DNA of 64,000 nucleotides from an uncultured Chthonomonadaceae bacterium (GTDB lineage Bacteria; Armatimonadota; Chthonomonadetes; Chthonomonadales; Chthonomonadaceae). Positions 9,548-18,426 of this stretch are shown here, piece by piece. The translations under genes and the position numbers were made by a program. The DNA lies in NCBI GenBank assembly GCA_963835065.1, contig CAWIEK010000044.1, positions 448,001-512,000 on the forward strand, read 5' to 3'. The notes under the pieces are model-generated. The model was given only the letters and a program-made list of their open reading frames with translations. It had not been told where the DNA came from and ran no database searches. Every line of letters starts with the position of its first letter. Position 1 is the first letter of the stretch.

Positions 9548-10963
9548 CCTCAACACGCCGCCATTCCACCAACCGCACAGGAAGTTGCTGTTGATGGCGG
9601 CGACCGTATTGTTCAGCGTACACAGGGATACGCCGGACGGCAGCGCGGCGGTATCGCCCAGGACGCCGTTTGCCAGGTAAAGCACCTGCGCGACGGTATA
9701 GCCGGACAGGGGCCCGCACGTTACCTGCAAATCCGCCAGGCCGCAGCGGGTTGCGCCCGCGTCGGAAATGTCCACGTTCAATTGCAGCGCAGTCACTTCC
9801 CCGGCCAGGCTGCCCGCTTCGATCCCACACGTCGGATTGACATAACTGCGCGTCAGTTTGCCGGGCATGCCACACTGCGGCAGGAAGTTCACGATGTCAC
9901 ACGCTTTTTTGTACGTGATCGTTTTTCCTCGGCCCACTGTCAGGCCGTTGGGATACAGACAGGTGTAAAACTTGTCTATCCAGGCAGTCAGGCACGAGCA
10001 GTTGATAGGCGTTCCGTACTCGCACTGCGTAAACGTGATGAACGGCGCGCAATTTTTCGCCAGGCAAAGCAAAAAGTTTTCGTTTACATAATTGGTTCCT
10101 CCCGTAGTCGCCGCCACTTTCAGGGACACGCAATTGAGCAGGGTCGCCGCCGTACCCGGCAGAGCGTTGTCCGCGCTCAGGCCGCAGGGAACGATTTCCC
10201 GGACCGTGTACGCGCCTGCCGACTCGTTCATAAAGCAATAGCTGCCGTTAATGTCGCTTGCCGTCGTGTCCACCACATTGCCGCTGCCGTCCATGAGTTG
10301 CAGGCAAACATCGCTCAGTCCCGGCTCGCCCGCTTGCAGGGTTCCATTGCAATTGATGTCGCGGTACACCACGCCGCAGATATTGACCGGCTGAACAACA
10401 GGCGGCGGCGGTGGCGGAGCCTGTTGCGTAATCAGAAAGTCGTTGGGCGTATAGCTGTCGCCCTCCGTCAGCGCGGGAATTTGAATAGTGGTATTGCTGA
10501 CCTTCACGCCAACAGGGTTAGCGCTCACGATGACAAACCCGCTTGCTTCCATGCCCGGAAGCGCGTTTGTCGCCGTGTAGCCTGTCGGTATCGTTGCCAG
10601 CTTGACCGTGTAGGTTCCCGGCGTCAGGCTGCCGAATGTATAGCTGTGATCTCCTCCCGGTCCCGTATATGCCGAGGCCACCAGGGTATTAGTAGTGTCG
10701 TACAAGTTGACCTGTACGCCGGCAAGGGGAGTTTCCCCCGCGTCCAAAACCCCGTTTCCGTTCGCGTCGTTATACACATGCCCGGCAATACTGGTGCCGC
10801 CAACGTCCGCCTTTGCCCAGGTGGGCGTAAGCAGCGTCAGCCCTGCAGCAAGCGCCAGGGAAAGCATCGCGCGTAAACCAACACGCCTCGCGCTTCCGCT
10901 TCGCCCGTTGCCCCGCCCCGTCGTCCGAATACATGCGCTGTTAAAGAATGTGCTGTTAAAAAT
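9545..10963 (-). CDS. Secreted surface protein with two SdrD B-like domains, poly-Pro linker and Cys-rich C-terminal domain
   Basis: GHVYNDANGNGVLDAGE and GVVYRDINCNGTLQAGE repeats; signal peptide ending AKA. Start is uncertain: ATT 10963 after GAGGAA, or ATG 10867. Confidence 0.8.
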   Translation of the reverse strand: MFNSTFFNSACIRTTGRGNGRSGSARRVGLRAMLSLALAAGLTLLTPTWAKADVGGTSIAGHVYNDANGNGVLDAGETPLAGVQVNLYDTTNTLVASAYTGPGGDHSYTFGSLTPGTYTVKLATIPTGYTATNALPGMEASGFVIVSANPVGVKVSNTTIQIPALTEGDSYTPNDFLITQQAPPPPPPVVQPVNICGVVYRDINCNGTLQAGEPGLSDVCLQLMDGSGNVVDTTASDINGSYCFMNESAGAYTVREIVPCGLSADNALPGTAATLLNCVSLKVAATTGGTNYVNENFLLCLAKNCAPFITFTQCEYGTPINCSCLTAWIDKFYTCLYPNGLTVGRGKTITYKKACDIVNFLPQCGMPGKLTRSYVNPTCGIEAGSLAGEVTALQLNVDISDAGATRCGLADLQVTCGPLSGYTVAQVLYLANGVLGDTAALPSGVSLCTLNNTVAAINSNFLCGWWNGGVLR

Positions 10964-11020
10964 GGCTCTTTCCTCGATGCCGCCACAGCCAATTACTGCG
11001 GCAGCAGGGTAACGGTCCTT

Positions 11021-11225
11021 TCGGCAGTTCGGCGACCGTAAGGTAAAGCGCTGAACGATGAGTGATGAGTGATGAATAAGGAGAACTTGTGTTGAGCGCG
11101 TTGTTCGTGAGAACATAGACGGCGCAACACAAGTTCACTCATCATTCAGCATTCATCATTCAGCACTCCCCCTGTTAGGTCCGTAACTTTGCGCCACCGG
11201 CTTTCACCGGGTTTGCCCGTTCGGT
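11021..11225 (-). ncRNA. c-di-GMP-I (GEMM) riboswitch with long P3 insertion, copy 1
   Basis: Minus strand GGGCAAACCCGGT-GAAA-GCCGGTGGCGCAAAGTTACGGACCTAA...TACGGTCGCCGAACTGCCGA matches the GEMM layout: GCAAA, GNRA P2 loop, GCAAAG junction, CCUAA/UACGG receptor. Confidence 0.85.
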
Positions 11226-11301
11226 TGGAGCCTCTGATTTACGATGTGAGTACGGTGTCTTCTATCTACTGTCTTCTGCCTTCTGCTTCTATCTTTTCCC
11301 C

Positions 11302-12031
11302 TTACGCCTTGCGGCGGCGAATGGCGAACGCGCTCAGGCCGACCAGGCCGGAAATCATCAGGCTGACCGCGCCCGGTTCGGGCACGTTGGCCGGGCCAAT
11401 CAGAACTCTGGCCGGTTGTGGACGTGGGATGAACCGCATCCAGGAACGTCGCCGTGCCGGCGAAAGTGGTTGGCAAGTGGTCAAGATAGCCGGTATTGCT
11501 GCTATTGGTTATAAACCCTTTGATGGTGTTGTAATTGTCATTGCTTGCGTCATCGCCAAGCACGCTGGTAAATTGGAAGTTTCCGGCATTTAGGTTGATG
11601 CCCTGAACGCCGTAATCATATTCCACTTCCCAGATAGCGATTTGAAGCGCGGCTCCTTTCGCTGCGCTGCCGCCCACGCCTGCCGCAAAGGTATCGTACA
11701 GGTAAGCGATCTGGGCGCCGCTTGTTGGAAATGCCGTCTTGATGTCCTTCGGGTTAAGCGTCTCCGTCGGCTGAAGGAAATGCCCCAGATCGACACAATA
11801 CGAGTCAAAGTTGGTGAACGCGATTCCCGGTCCGACGACGTTTGTAGCGAACGGACCGGCATACGACGTGTTCCCATTGACCGGTGTGCCTCCATTGACG
11901 CTGCTGTACGAAAAGCTAATTCCGTACCCGGGAATGATGCGATCTGTGGTCGTCATCGTAATCTGCGCCTGCGCGCTGACGGCTGCCCCGGACAAAGCAA
12001 GAACGGCAAACAGAGAGTGTAGTTTTCGCAC
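11302..12031 (-). CDS. PEP-CTERM sorting-domain surface protein; apparent +1 frameshift near 11404
   Basis: GTG start after AAGGAG, signal peptide ending AQA, SYCVD and ALQIAIWE motifs. VPEPGAVSLMISGLVGLSAFAIRRRKA lies in the shifted frame. Confidence 0.88.
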
Positions 12032-12060
12032 GGTTTGGCTCCTTACTGACATGCTCCGAC

Positions 12061-12265
12061 TCGGCAGTTCGGCGACCGTAAGGTAAAGCGCTGAACGATG
12101 AGTGATGAGTGATGAATAAGGAGAACTTGTGTTGAGCGCGTTGTTCGTGAGAACATAGACGGCGCAACACAAGTTCACTCATCATTCAGCATTCATCATT
12201 CAGCACTCCCCCTGTTAGGTCCGTAACTTTGCGCCACCGGCTTTCACCGGGTTTGCCCGTTCGGT
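12061..12265 (-). ncRNA. c-di-GMP-I (GEMM) riboswitch with long P3 insertion, copy 2
   Basis: Base-for-base identical to 11021-11225; lies 30 nt upstream of the PEP-CTERM start codon. Confidence 0.85.
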
Positions 12266-12716
12266 GGGAACCGTTTAGATGCGAATTCTAACCGCGCTTG
12301 GTTTATGCGCGGCTGAACGATGCTAATTCTGGCTGGATAGGAGCGGGACATTCCCCGCAAAGCTAGGGGAATCAAGATGCAGGGCGATACGTAACGCGCA
12401 AACCGGCAAAGGAACGAGGGAACGCGGGAAATTAGGGTGAATTGGATGCAGTATCGGCATTGCGGCAGGGGCGGAACGTGCTATAATGAAGGCGAAACGT
12501 CCGCGCTGTCAGTGTTGGGCTTGCGCAGCGGCGAAGCGGGAAAGATTCCTGTTTTTTCTGTTAGTGACTTTCAACAAAATAGCTGTTCCAGTCCGCGAAG
12601 GCAGGCTTCGTTATCACAGCCGCGAGAAGAAATTTAGATTAGGTACTCACGGCATGGCATAGAATACTTGCGGATAATGGGGAGCAGGTTCGCGGCGTGG
12701 CGGAGCGAGGCATGAG

Positions 12717-13274
12717 GTGAGGCTATTTGTCGGCAATTCCAGACGGCAATTCGAGCAGCAGGCGCAAACAGTTTTTGCCCCGCTGTATCAGGCCGCTTTG
12801 CGCCTGACGCGGCAGGTCGAATGGGCGGAAGACCTGACGCAGGACACGCTGATCCGCGCCTACGAGCGCTACGATTCGTTTACGCCGGGAACCAACTTCC
12901 GCGCGTGGCTGTTTACTATACTGACGCACACGTATTTGAATGACTGCGAACGCGCCAAGCGCCGTCCCATCACGGCCAGTTACGCAGCAACCGCCGGCAG
13001 TCCCGAATGGGAATACGCCGACCAGGACGCGGAACACGACCCTGTGACCGCCCTGATGACGCAGGTATTGGATGAGCGCCTGCAATCGGCGCTGGACACG
13101 CTGCCGGAAGAATTTCGATTGGCGATCATTCTGGTGGATTTGGAAGAGTTACCCTATCAGCAGGCGGCGGAAGCCCTGCATGTGCCCATTGGAACCGTGC
13201 GCTCCCGCGTCTTTCGCGGGCGTTCGCACCTGCGCGCCGCGTTGGAACCCCAGCCCGCCGCGCAGCGTCCATAA
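12717..13274 (+). CDS. ECF sigma factor (SigH/RpoE-like)
   Basis: AEDLTQDT, FTPGTNFRAWLFTI and PIGTVRSRVFRGR motifs. Confidence 0.93.
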   Translation: MRLFVGNSRRQFEQQAQTVFAPLYQAALRLTRQVEWAEDLTQDTLIRAYERYDSFTPGTNFRAWLFTILTHTYLNDCERAKRRPITASYAATAGSPEWEYADQDAEHDPVTALMTQVLDERLQSALDTLPEEFRLAIILVDLEELPYQQAAEALHVPIGTVRSRVFRGRSHLRAALEPQPAAQRP

Positions 13275-13343
13275 ACAATACACTTCCATAAGCGCGGCCT
13301 ACCCATACCTCCCGCGCCCAACCACCCTAATAACCAAATACCC

Positions 13344-13393
13344 GAACACCTGAATACCGACTGCACCTGAACACCTGAACACCTGAACACCAA
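13344..13393. repeat. CACCTGAA-type octamer tandem array
   Basis: GAACACCT/GAATACC units; same family at about 23772-23830, 35603-35660, 36888-36993, 48301-48325 and 50441-50485. Confidence 0.85.
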
Positions 13394-13437
13394 CACCGCC
13401 GCTTTCAACGAAGAATACAGCAGATAAGGACAGCCGA

Positions 13438-14235
13438 TTGAATTCCGCGTGTCAGCAAGTCGAAACACTTCTTGAGGATTTTGTTACCGGACAGGGTGAC
13501 GCGAAAACGCGCCGCATGGTGCAAGCGCACCTGGACACCTGTTCCGCGTGCCGCGCCCGGATGCGCGAACAAACGGCCATTCGCCACCAACTGCGCCTGC
13601 TTGCAAAGCGGGATGTCGGCGTGAAGCCGCCCGCTCACCTGTGGGAACGCGCCGCCCGGACATGGGATGCCCGCGATGCGCAGAAACGCCGTGTCGGCAA
13701 AATGCGCTGGGCGCTGGCGGGAAGCTGTATGCTCTTGTTTCTCCTCAGCGCGGTCTGGGCCAACCTGACGGTCAGCCATGAGTTTCCTGTGGAAGCCGCG
13801 CTGCGCAATTTCCGGGAGGTGAAAACGCATCTTCCCATTCCGATGTGCGCCACCGCCGACGCCGACAAGGCTGCGCACTGGCTGCGCGATAATCTCAACG
13901 CCGAATTGCCGCCCATCAACCTTTCACTTTCGCGTGGCGAGTTGTTGGGCGCAGATGTGATTGCCACCCCGGACCGCCCCCTCGGACGCCTGCTGTATCG
14001 CACTCCCCAGGGAATTGCCGCCGTATACCTGGCTCCGAACAGCGGGCATTTCGCCCGAACAACGCAACTGCCCATCGGAAACCAAATGTTCCAGGTAAGA
14101 AACACGGTGGATGTGGGAATGTATGGGTGGGAAGCAAACACGGTAGGTTTCGGCCTGCTTTTAGACCAACCCATCAGCGCAGGACGCGCCACCGCCACCA
14201 ATGCGGCGCAGGCGACGGCGGAGAAGGAGCAGTAG
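13438..14235 (+). CDS. Zinc-binding (zf-HC2/ZAS) transmembrane anti-sigma factor
   Basis: HLDTCSAC motif, one TM helix and an extracytoplasmic domain; directly downstream of the ECF sigma gene. Confidence 0.88.
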   Translation: MNSACQQVETLLEDFVTGQGDAKTRRMVQAHLDTCSACRARMREQTAIRHQLRLLAKRDVGVKPPAHLWERAARTWDARDAQKRRVGKMRWALAGSCMLLFLLSAVWANLTVSHEFPVEAALRNFREVKTHLPIPMCATADADKAAHWLRDNLNAELPPINLSLSRGELLGADVIATPDRPLGRLLYRTPQGIAAVYLAPNSGHFARTTQLPIGNQMFQVRNTVDVGMYGWEANTVGFGLLLDQPISAGRATATNAAQATAEKEQ

Positions 14236-14240
14236 GTGTA

Positions 14241-14345
14241 GGCATTAGGCATTAGGCATTAGTGCCTGTTTAAGCAGACTACTTTCGTCTAAAGGCACAT
14301 CGCGTTCAAGCCGACAATGAGCAGCCTAATGCCTAATGCCTAATA
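14241..14345. repeat. Paired heptamer arrays AGGCATT(n) ... TGCCTAA(n)
   Basis: Inverted arrays around a spacer; the same pair occurs at 54154-54270. Confidence 0.85.
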
Positions 14346-14351
14346 TCTTCC

Positions 14352-15101
14352 TCAAAACGCCACATCCTCATCGCGGTACTGGAGGGGAACGGACGCGGCG
14401 GAGGGGGACCAGTGCAGATCGGGGCCGGGGCCGTAGCGGGCGTTGGTGGTGTTGGCGAGGCGTATCCAGGCGGCATGGTTGTCCACGAAAACCATGTTCA
14501 TTTCGGCACGGCGGTCGTATTCTGAAAAACTCGTATCGGAATGAAACGCCCATTGTTCCCAGAGCAGGGCTGTGGATGTCAGGGAATGGACTTGCGCCAG
14601 GGGCAGGCCGGTCGCCAGCAGCATTTTGAATTCATAGGAGGTCAGGGCGGCGCCCCGGTCATTGTCGGCGGGGCAATGGTACACATCCTGGCCGCTGAGA
14701 GTGGAGGACTGTAAGGCGCGTGAGCGCGACTCGGCGTAGGGACGCGACAGGGAAACCCAGGAAATCTGGTTAGGCTGCGCTCCCAGCGCCCGGCAGAACC
14801 GGTCATGCCATCCCAATGGCGCTTCATCAGGGTCGGAAAAGCGCGAAGCAACCTTGTAGGACGGGTACACGTTGTCGTAATCTTCGATATACATGCTGAC
14901 GGCGAGAGCACTTTGGTGCATGTTGTTGAAACACGTCGAGCGGTTCGCATCCCGTCGCGCCCGCCCCAAAACCGGCATCAGCGCCACGATAATCAGCGCC
15001 ACGACAGCCACAACTATCAGCAGTTCCAGCAGCGTAAAAGCGCGTGAAACGCCTGCCTGCGTCCTGAGTTTCGCCTGATTGTGCCGCGCGTTCCTGTTCA
15101 C
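14352..15101 (-). CDS. Prepilin-type N-terminal cleavage/methylation protein (DUF1559-like)
   Basis: AFTLLELLIVVAVVALII..., CFNNMHQ, HCPAD; degenerate C-terminal NMVFVDNH. Confidence 0.85.
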   Translation of the reverse strand: MNRNARHNQAKLRTQAGVSRAFTLLELLIVVAVVALIIVALMPVLGRARRDANRSTCFNNMHQSALAVSMYIEDYDNVYPSYKVASRFSDPDEAPLGWHDRFCRALGAQPNQISWVSLSRPYAESRSRALQSSTLSGQDVYHCPADNDRGAALTSYEFKMLLATGLPLAQVHSLTSTALLWEQWAFHSDTSFSEYDRRAEMNMVFVDNHAAWIRLANTTNARYGPGPDLHWSPSAASVPLQYRDEDVAF

Positions 15102-15306
15102 CGTTTTCTCGCCCTCACACCCGTTGCTTCATGTTCTGCCGTCCAGCCATTGCGCGTATTCGACGGGTGAATAGCAAACGCCCTGAATGAGCAATCACAG
15201 CAAATACGTAGTTCCTGTCCCTCTATCAACTATCAACTATCAACTATCAACTTCTAAGCGGAACCTCTCGCGCCCCTATTGTCTATTGTGAGTGTACCAC
15301 ACGCCT

Positions 15307-17616
15307 ATGGCTTATTCATCTTCCCCTGCGAACAACAACGAACACAATCCGCTACCCACGCCGCCTGAGCCGCGCGCTTCACAAAGACTGCGCCGTATGG
15401 GTGCGGAGATCGGCGTCCTGTTGTTGTGCCTGTTTCTGTTTTTCTGGCAGTTGGGCAATGCGCCCCTGCTCGATCTTGATGAAGCCCTATACGTGACTTG
15501 CGCGCAGCAAATGGTGGTTTCCGGCGATTGGGTCACGCCGCGCCTGAATACGCGCCAACCCGAACGTCCGGGCGTTACGGCCATCCCTTTTTTTGAAAAA
15601 CCTATTCTGGTGTACTGGGCGTCCGCCGGTTCCATGCGGTTGTTCGGACGCAATTTATGGGCCGCGCGCCTGCCCACCGCCCTGGCTTCCCTGCTCACAA
15701 CGCTTGCGATTGTCGTTTTTGGCCGCCGTTGGTTCACGCGCCGCGCCGGGTTGCTTGCCGGCCTTGTGTACGCCACCGCGCCCATGACGCTTGTTGACGC
15801 CCGCCAGATGACAACCGACGCCCTGCTCGTCCTCTGGTTCACCATCGCGCTCTTTTGTTTCTGGCATATTCAGGCACAAGATAAAAGAGTTAAGATAAAA
15901 GATATAAGTGAGGAGATGAAAAATGCGCGTACCAGGTCACAAGCCGATCAGTTACCAACGGACAACTCCTATCTAATATCTAATATCTTATATCTTATAT
16001 CTTGTGCCTTCTTCTGGCTGATGTGCGCCCTGTCCGTGCTGACCAAAGGGATTGTCGGGCTGTTGCTGCCGTTGCTGATTATCGGCGTGTACGCGCTGCT
16101 TGATCGCGTTTTGCTGCGGGTACGGCTGAAAACTCCGCTCGGTCCGCGCCTGCGGTTTGCCCTGAAGCTGCGCCCGCCAACGGCAGTATGGGTACAATTC
16201 AAGCGCCTGCGCCCCGTACTCGGCCTGCTGCTGTTTCTGGCGGTTGCCGCGCCCTGGCATTTGCGCATTGTGGGCAGCCCGGAACGAGACGCGCAGGGAC
16301 GCACCTGGGTCATGGAATACATTCAGCGCCAGCACATCGGGCGCTTTAAGGGTCTGGACACCGTTCACAACCAACCCCTGCCCACTTATTTCGTCTATTT
16401 CCTCCTGTTCTTCTTCCCCTGGGCCGGTTTCGCCCCGGCTGCGTTTCGCCTGTCTAGGGAAGAAAAGGAGAAGAGGAGAAAAGGAGAAAAGGAGACAGAA
16501 GAGGAGGGAAAAGGGAACAGGGAACAGGGAACAGAAAAGAAGGCAGAAGACAGAAGACAGAAGACAGAAGACGAGGCTGCCCTATCAACTATCAACTATC
16601 AACTATCAACTCCTACCCCCTCAACCTTCCTCCTCGTCTGGTTCTGGACATTGTTTGTGTTCTTCAGTATAGGCGCGGCCAAATTGCCGACGTATATTGC
16701 GCCCGCTTACCCGGCGGCGGCATTGCTGACGGGGCGTTGGCTGGACAGTGTTTTATTTGCAATGTCGCAGAACGAACGGGGGCAAGATGAAATCGGCATT
16801 GCAAGAGCGAGTGCGGGATATTCGGTGGCTGCGGCGCGGCGCGTTGTGCGCGTTGGGCATCGGGTTGCTGCTGCTGTGCATCCTGCCGTTTGCGCCGCGT
16901 TTTGCGCCGCCCCAAGCGCCACTGCCGGTCGGTGTCGTGCCCCTCGCATGGCATCTCGCCCTGACGCTGACATTGGGAAGCGCCATCGCCTGGTTCTGCT
17001 TTCGTGGGATAAGCGTTGAGCGTCAAGCGTTGAGCGTTGAGCAGGAAGCGTTAAGCATTGAGCGTCAAGCGTCAAGCATTCGGAGTGAACTGCCAACCGC
17101 CAACACCAACCAACAATTACCAATCACCAATCGAAAATCGGAGTTGGCGCTCTGGTCGCTATGATGACCGTTGTGGTTGGAATTTTGGGCGGGGAAGGCT
17201 ATGGGGTTTTACATAGCAGCGTGTTGGGGCCGTATCAGGAAGTGGCGGCTGCCGCGTGCCTGGATGCCACTCAGGGCATCCCGGTGGTGTATTACAACGT
17301 GGTTCCGCGCCGTCCAAGCATGAACTTTTATGCGGGATATGCTCCTTTTGAACACAAGGAGGTTCCCCTGCTGCCGTTTTTGGCGCGTTGTCTGCCGCCG
17401 GGAAGACGCACTGCGGATGTGGTTCTCACGCAGGATGCGTATACGCGCCTGCTGACGCCGGAAATCAAAGCCACACCGGGCGCGTCCCTGCAATTGCTAT
17501 TGCGGCGTGGTCCGAACGGCGAGTGGGTCTTGGCGCGGGTGTCTTTGTCCGCAAACTACAATCCGCCACACGACAATCCTCCAAACGATAATCTTCCGGC
17601 GGCAATATCGCCATAG
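15307..17616 (+). CDS. ArnT/PMT-like (GT-C) membrane glycosyltransferase with repeat-derived insertions; two apparent frameshifts (about 16750-16815 and about 17103)
   Basis: DLDEALY, FEKPILVYW, AARLP, VLTKG, APWH and AKLPTYIAPAYP motifs. The remaining TM helices and periplasmic tail lie in ORFs 16748..17164 and 17161..17616. Confidence 0.85.
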
Positions 17617-17647
17617 CATCCTTCAAGGCAACGCCTGTAGATACGTT

Positions 17648-17696
17648 GTAGGGGTTCCGCTTGCTGAACCCTCCTCCGCTTGCTGAACCCGCCTCC
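17648..17696. repeat. Partial GTAG-type REP element
   Basis: GTAGGGGTTCCGCTTGCTGAACCC; related to 46887-46967 and 51653-51735. Confidence 0.75.
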
Positions 17697-17726
17697 TATT
17701 ATTCTGAGAAAAAGTTTGCGTTGCCC

Positions 17727-17755
17727 TTGACTATTCTCAAAAATGGGAATATAAT
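17727..17755 (+). promoter_or_regulatory. Near-consensus sigma-70 promoter with a palindromic operator in the spacer
   Basis: TTGACT-17 nt-TATAAT; TATTCTCA-AAAA-TGGGAATA palindrome at 17732-17751. Confidence 0.75.
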
Positions 17756-17797
17756 CAGTAGTGAGATTAAAGTGATGTGGAAAGGAGGTATTCGCCA

Positions 17798-18352
17798 TTG
17801 ACAGCATCCGATTCCGATACGCCTGGTTCCCACACCAAAGCGGCTGATCTGCTGCATCCCGCGCGTATGCGTATTTTGATGACGCTGACCGGGCGGGAAA
17901 TGACGCCGCAGCAAATGGGAAATTGCCTGCCGGATGTGCCCAAAGCCTCGCTTTATCGGCACCTTCAAGTGTTGCTGGCGCTCGGCGTCGTCCGCATTGT
18001 CAAAGAAACGCCTGTACGCGGCACTCTGGAAAAAGTGTATGCCGTCGAGGAGCATAACGCAAGCCTGACGGCTCAGGAATTGGCGGACGAGACGCCGGAA
18101 GCGAACTTCCGCTACTTCGCGGCCTATGTCGCGTCACTGCTGGCGCAGTTCCGCAACTACACCGAACATAATCCCGCGCATCTGAGGCCGGGGGATTTCG
18201 CGTATAACACGTCTCCCTATCATCTGACGGACGAAGAGTTTGGGCAGATGGCGGAAGAGTTGAGCGTCGTTCTGCGGAAGTGGCTGGCGCTTCCGCCCGA
18301 AGAAGGCCGCAAAAGACGCTTGCTGAGTCTGGTTGTAATGCCGGGCGAGTAG
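17798..18352 (+). CDS. ArsR-like winged-HTH transcriptional regulator
   Basis: LLHPARMRIL, ASLYRHL and RGTLEKVY motifs; TTG start after AAAGGAGGT. Confidence 0.88.
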   Translation: MTASDSDTPGSHTKAADLLHPARMRILMTLTGREMTPQQMGNCLPDVPKASLYRHLQVLLALGVVRIVKETPVRGTLEKVYAVEEHNASLTAQELADETPEANFRYFAAYVASLLAQFRNYTEHNPAHLRPGDFAYNTSPYHLTDEEFGQMAEELSVVLRKWLALPPEEGRKRRLLSLVVMPGE

Positions 18353-18426
18353 GCATTGAACACTGCTCACTACCAGGACACTAAGAACACCAGGCAACAC
18401 GAGAAGAAAGACGAGGACATGCACAC

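Noticed and set aside
9434..10876. Long antisense or overlapping ORFs (e.g. 9434..10876 +, 33259..34575 -, 52787..53986 -, 61733..63313 -, 12..269 +)
   Set aside because: These are shadow ORFs of real genes on the opposite strand in GC-rich DNA, with no motifs of their own.
10956..12185. ORF extensions reading through the 205-nt repeat (MNLCCAVY..., MFSRTTRS..., MMSELVL...)
   Set aside because: They translate the riboswitch and repeat sequence; real starts with an SD lie downstream.
11021..12265. 205-bp direct repeats as IS ends, LTR-like elements or prophage att sites
   Set aside because: No transposase or integrase lies between them, and the repeat matches a riboswitch aptamer upstream of each gene.
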